Assembly (NCBI GenBank): GCA_017483465.1
Contig: JAFUWN010000062.1
Coordinates: 10,085-74,084, forward strand
Origin: Oscillospiraceae bacterium
Lineage (GTDB): Bacteria; Bacillota; Clostridia; Oscillospirales; Ruminococcaceae
Direction: 5' to 3'
DNA: 64,000 nucleotides
Part shown: positions 62,432 to 64,000 of the stretch, piece by piece
How the letters are laid out: each line of letters opens with the position of its first letter
Position numbering within the stretch: position 1 is the first letter of the stretch
Made by a program: the position numbers and the translations under genes
Notes under the pieces: model-generated
What the model was told of the DNA's origin: nothing
What the model saw: the letters and a program-made list of their open reading frames with translations, nothing else
Database searches by the model: none

Positions 62432-62460
62432 ATCATAACATAAAATCTGCATTCTGTAAA
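62432..62460 (-). promoter_or_regulatory. Candidate sigma-A promoter of the GH25-DUF3810 operon
   Basis: Minus strand TTTACA-17-TATGAT with TGT extension. Confidence 0.45.
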
Positions 62461-62503
62461 GCATTTTCATAAATTTTTAACATTACAAATATATGACAGT
62501 GCA

Positions 62504-62538
62504 GTAAAAAATATCCCTGTCAGATCTCTGACAGGGAT
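62504..62538 (-). terminator. Terminator of the partial membrane-protein gene
   Basis: Hairpin ATCCCTGTCAG-agat-CTGACAGGGAT followed by ATTTTTTAC on the minus strand. Confidence 0.75.
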
Positions 62539-62544
62539 AAGAAA

Positions 62545-64000
62545 CTATCTCCAGAAAGTGAATACTCTGTCTACGAGATAGGCCATTTCAGGATAATGAT
62601 AATGCGATTCCATATAAGGGAAAATGAAATCAAAAATCTGTACTCCGCTGATGATACAAGCCCATACAAACGAACCGCATAAAAACCGCCGGATATTTTT
62701 TTTCTGGGTTTCGTCTTTCAGTTTTGAAGCGATAAAGAAAATTACGGCATAAGCACCAATAATCATCTGCCATGCAAAATCGGGCATATATCTCGCTGTA
62801 TAACCGCTTTCCCATACAGAAGCAACAATGCCGGTCGGAATGATTACACAAGGAATCAGAATCAGCAGCATGGTGATCATTCTTGTTTTTTGGTCGGCAA
62901 TCTGCTTCAGAGCCTTTCCGGAAAACAGATAGGCCAGCAGCGGCGGCATCAGCCAGAAGATACCGGAGGTATTTGCTGTAGACTTGTCATGATAGAAAAA
63001 GCCGTTTACCTGCATATCCTGAAAGATTGTATCAATCTGCGGATAGGCTGACGAAAATACCGGAGCATTGAAGAAATAGTTATATACTGCAATCCATGAC
63101 AAAGCAGGATGAAATTCTGTATGCGTGAAGTCATTGATTGTCAGAGAATACTGTATACCAAACTCAAACGGCGAGCCGAATCTTGCATAGTTATACCACA
63201 TCTGCACACAGCCCAGAGAGACCATCGGCAGAAATGCACAGACCAGATAGGAGATCAGCTTTTTCTTTTCAATTTTCTTAACAGAAAATAACAGATACGC
63301 TCCGACACAGATGCAGTATAATACCAGAGTCGGTCTGCATAATACAGCAATTGCAAAAAATAGCGAGGCAAGGCAGATTCTCGGAAGTGAGAGCTTTTCT
63401 GCTTCTGATAAATTGGCTGAAAACAGGAAATAGCTTCCCCATGTCAGAAAAGCGAATCCGGAGGCAATTGCAACTTCATAGAAGTCCGGCCGGCCGATAC
63501 TGAACCAGATTCCACAGTTCAGAAACAGCATCAGCATAGTGATAAGATAACTTCCGGAAGAAATGCCTGAAAAATATTTTTTGATAAACTGCATAAAAAA
63601 GCAGGCAAGTCCGAAAAATCCAGCAATTGAGAATAACAGCACTGCAATTTCTGTCGGACAGTAACAGCCTGTCATTTTATGGAACGGCAGAAATAACAGA
63701 ATCACCGGAGCAATCCCATAATAAGAATAATATTTTCCCTGATAAAATACATGATCCCATTCGTATCTGGTTGCTTTCTGCCTTTGAAATTTATCATAAG
63801 GATTTTCGAGATCTAAAAGCTCCTGAGAGGGTTCGGCATCAAGATATACATGCCCCTGCTCGAATGCGAGTACCAGTTCTTTTGATACCTGATTGCCCTC
63901 TTCCGTCTGAATCAGTTTGCTCCATGAAACATCTTCCGGAAGTTTATAATTCATAATCCATCCGGATGTGATACAGCACACAGAGGCTGTAATCAGTGTC
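62545..64000 (-). CDS. Large polytopic membrane protein, 5' end outside the window (possibly a GT-C-type glycosyltransferase)
   Basis: The reading frame stays open to the window edge, and the residues upstream of the track GTG (TLITASV) continue a TM helix. More than 10 predicted TM helices with one large loop. The functional call is weak. Confidence 0.6.
   Translation of the reverse strand, partial: TLITASVCCITSGWIMNYKLPEDVSWSKLIQTEEGNQVSKELVLAFEQGHVYLDAEPSQELLDLENPYDKFQRQKATRYEWDHVFYQGKYYSYYGIAPVILLFLPFHKMTGCYCPTEIAVLLFSIAGFFGLACFFMQFIKKYFSGISSGSYLITMLMLFLNCGIWFSIGRPDFYEVAIASGFAFLTWGSYFLFSANLSEAEKLSLPRICLASLFFAIAVLCRPTLVLYCICVGAYLLFSVKKIEKKKLISYLVCAFLPMVSLGCVQMWYNYARFGSPFEFGIQYSLTINDFTHTEFHPALSWIAVYNYFFNAPVFSSAYPQIDTIFQDMQVNGFFYHDKSTANTSGIFWLMPPLLAYLFSGKALKQIADQKTRMITMLLILIPCVIIPTGIVASVWESGYTARYMPDFAWQMIIGAYAVIFFIASKLKDETQKKNIRRFLCGSFVWACIISGVQIFDFIFPYMESHYHYPEMAYLVDRVFTFWR

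Noticed and set aside
1-64000. CRISPR arrays, IS elements/transposases, integrases, prophage or toxin-antitoxin/defence modules
   Set aside because: I found no direct-repeat/spacer periodicity, no terminal inverted repeats flanking a transposase-like ORF, no recombinase motifs and no small paired TA-like ORFs. The recurrent similar segments are dockerin- and LRR-coding modules of paralogous genes.

Overview
This 64-kb chromosomal window comes from a low-GC Firmicute. It looks most like a cellulosome-producing Ruminococcus (R. flavefaciens-like). That assignment is an inference from GH44, GH9 and GH5 enzymes carrying Ruminococcus-style C-terminal dockerins and Glu/Thr/Ser linkers. I support about 46 protein genes, 2 tRNAs, and many near-consensus sigma-A promoters (TTGACA-17-TATAAT, often with a TG extension) and hairpin terminators. 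Housekeeping content: a DUF512 radical-SAM gene, der-plsY-gpsA, a Nudix-MutY fusion, pyk, an ispH-S1 fusion, cmk, plsC, uppP, ftsK, gdhA, gltBD and a ParC-like topoisomerase subunit. Sporulation content: spoIIAA-spoIIAB-sigF, yqfC-yqfD and a ylbJ-like gene. Sugar uptake: a LacI regulator plus an ABC binding protein and two permeases. Seven genes for secreted proteins with full two-repeat dockerins are interleaved with these, plus two with a single dockerin-like repeat. They comprise three GH9 enzymes, GH44, GH5, a papain-like peptidase, two BspA-type LRR proteins and one protein of unknown function. No CRISPR array, IS element, prophage or obvious defence system was seen. The most unusual items are: (1) a secreted LRR protein with one dockerin-like repeat followed by an FMN-binding domain that has an intact flavinylation motif; (2) a duplicated single-repeat (half) dockerin module in two adjacent genes; (3) a GH9 cellulase bracketed by two LRR modules; (4) an XRE regulator apparently co-transcribed with the GH44 gene; (5) a Nudix-MutY fusion; (6) two genes whose best-supported starts are non-canonical (ATA, CTG). 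All family assignments rest on motifs read by eye, and no database search was possible.
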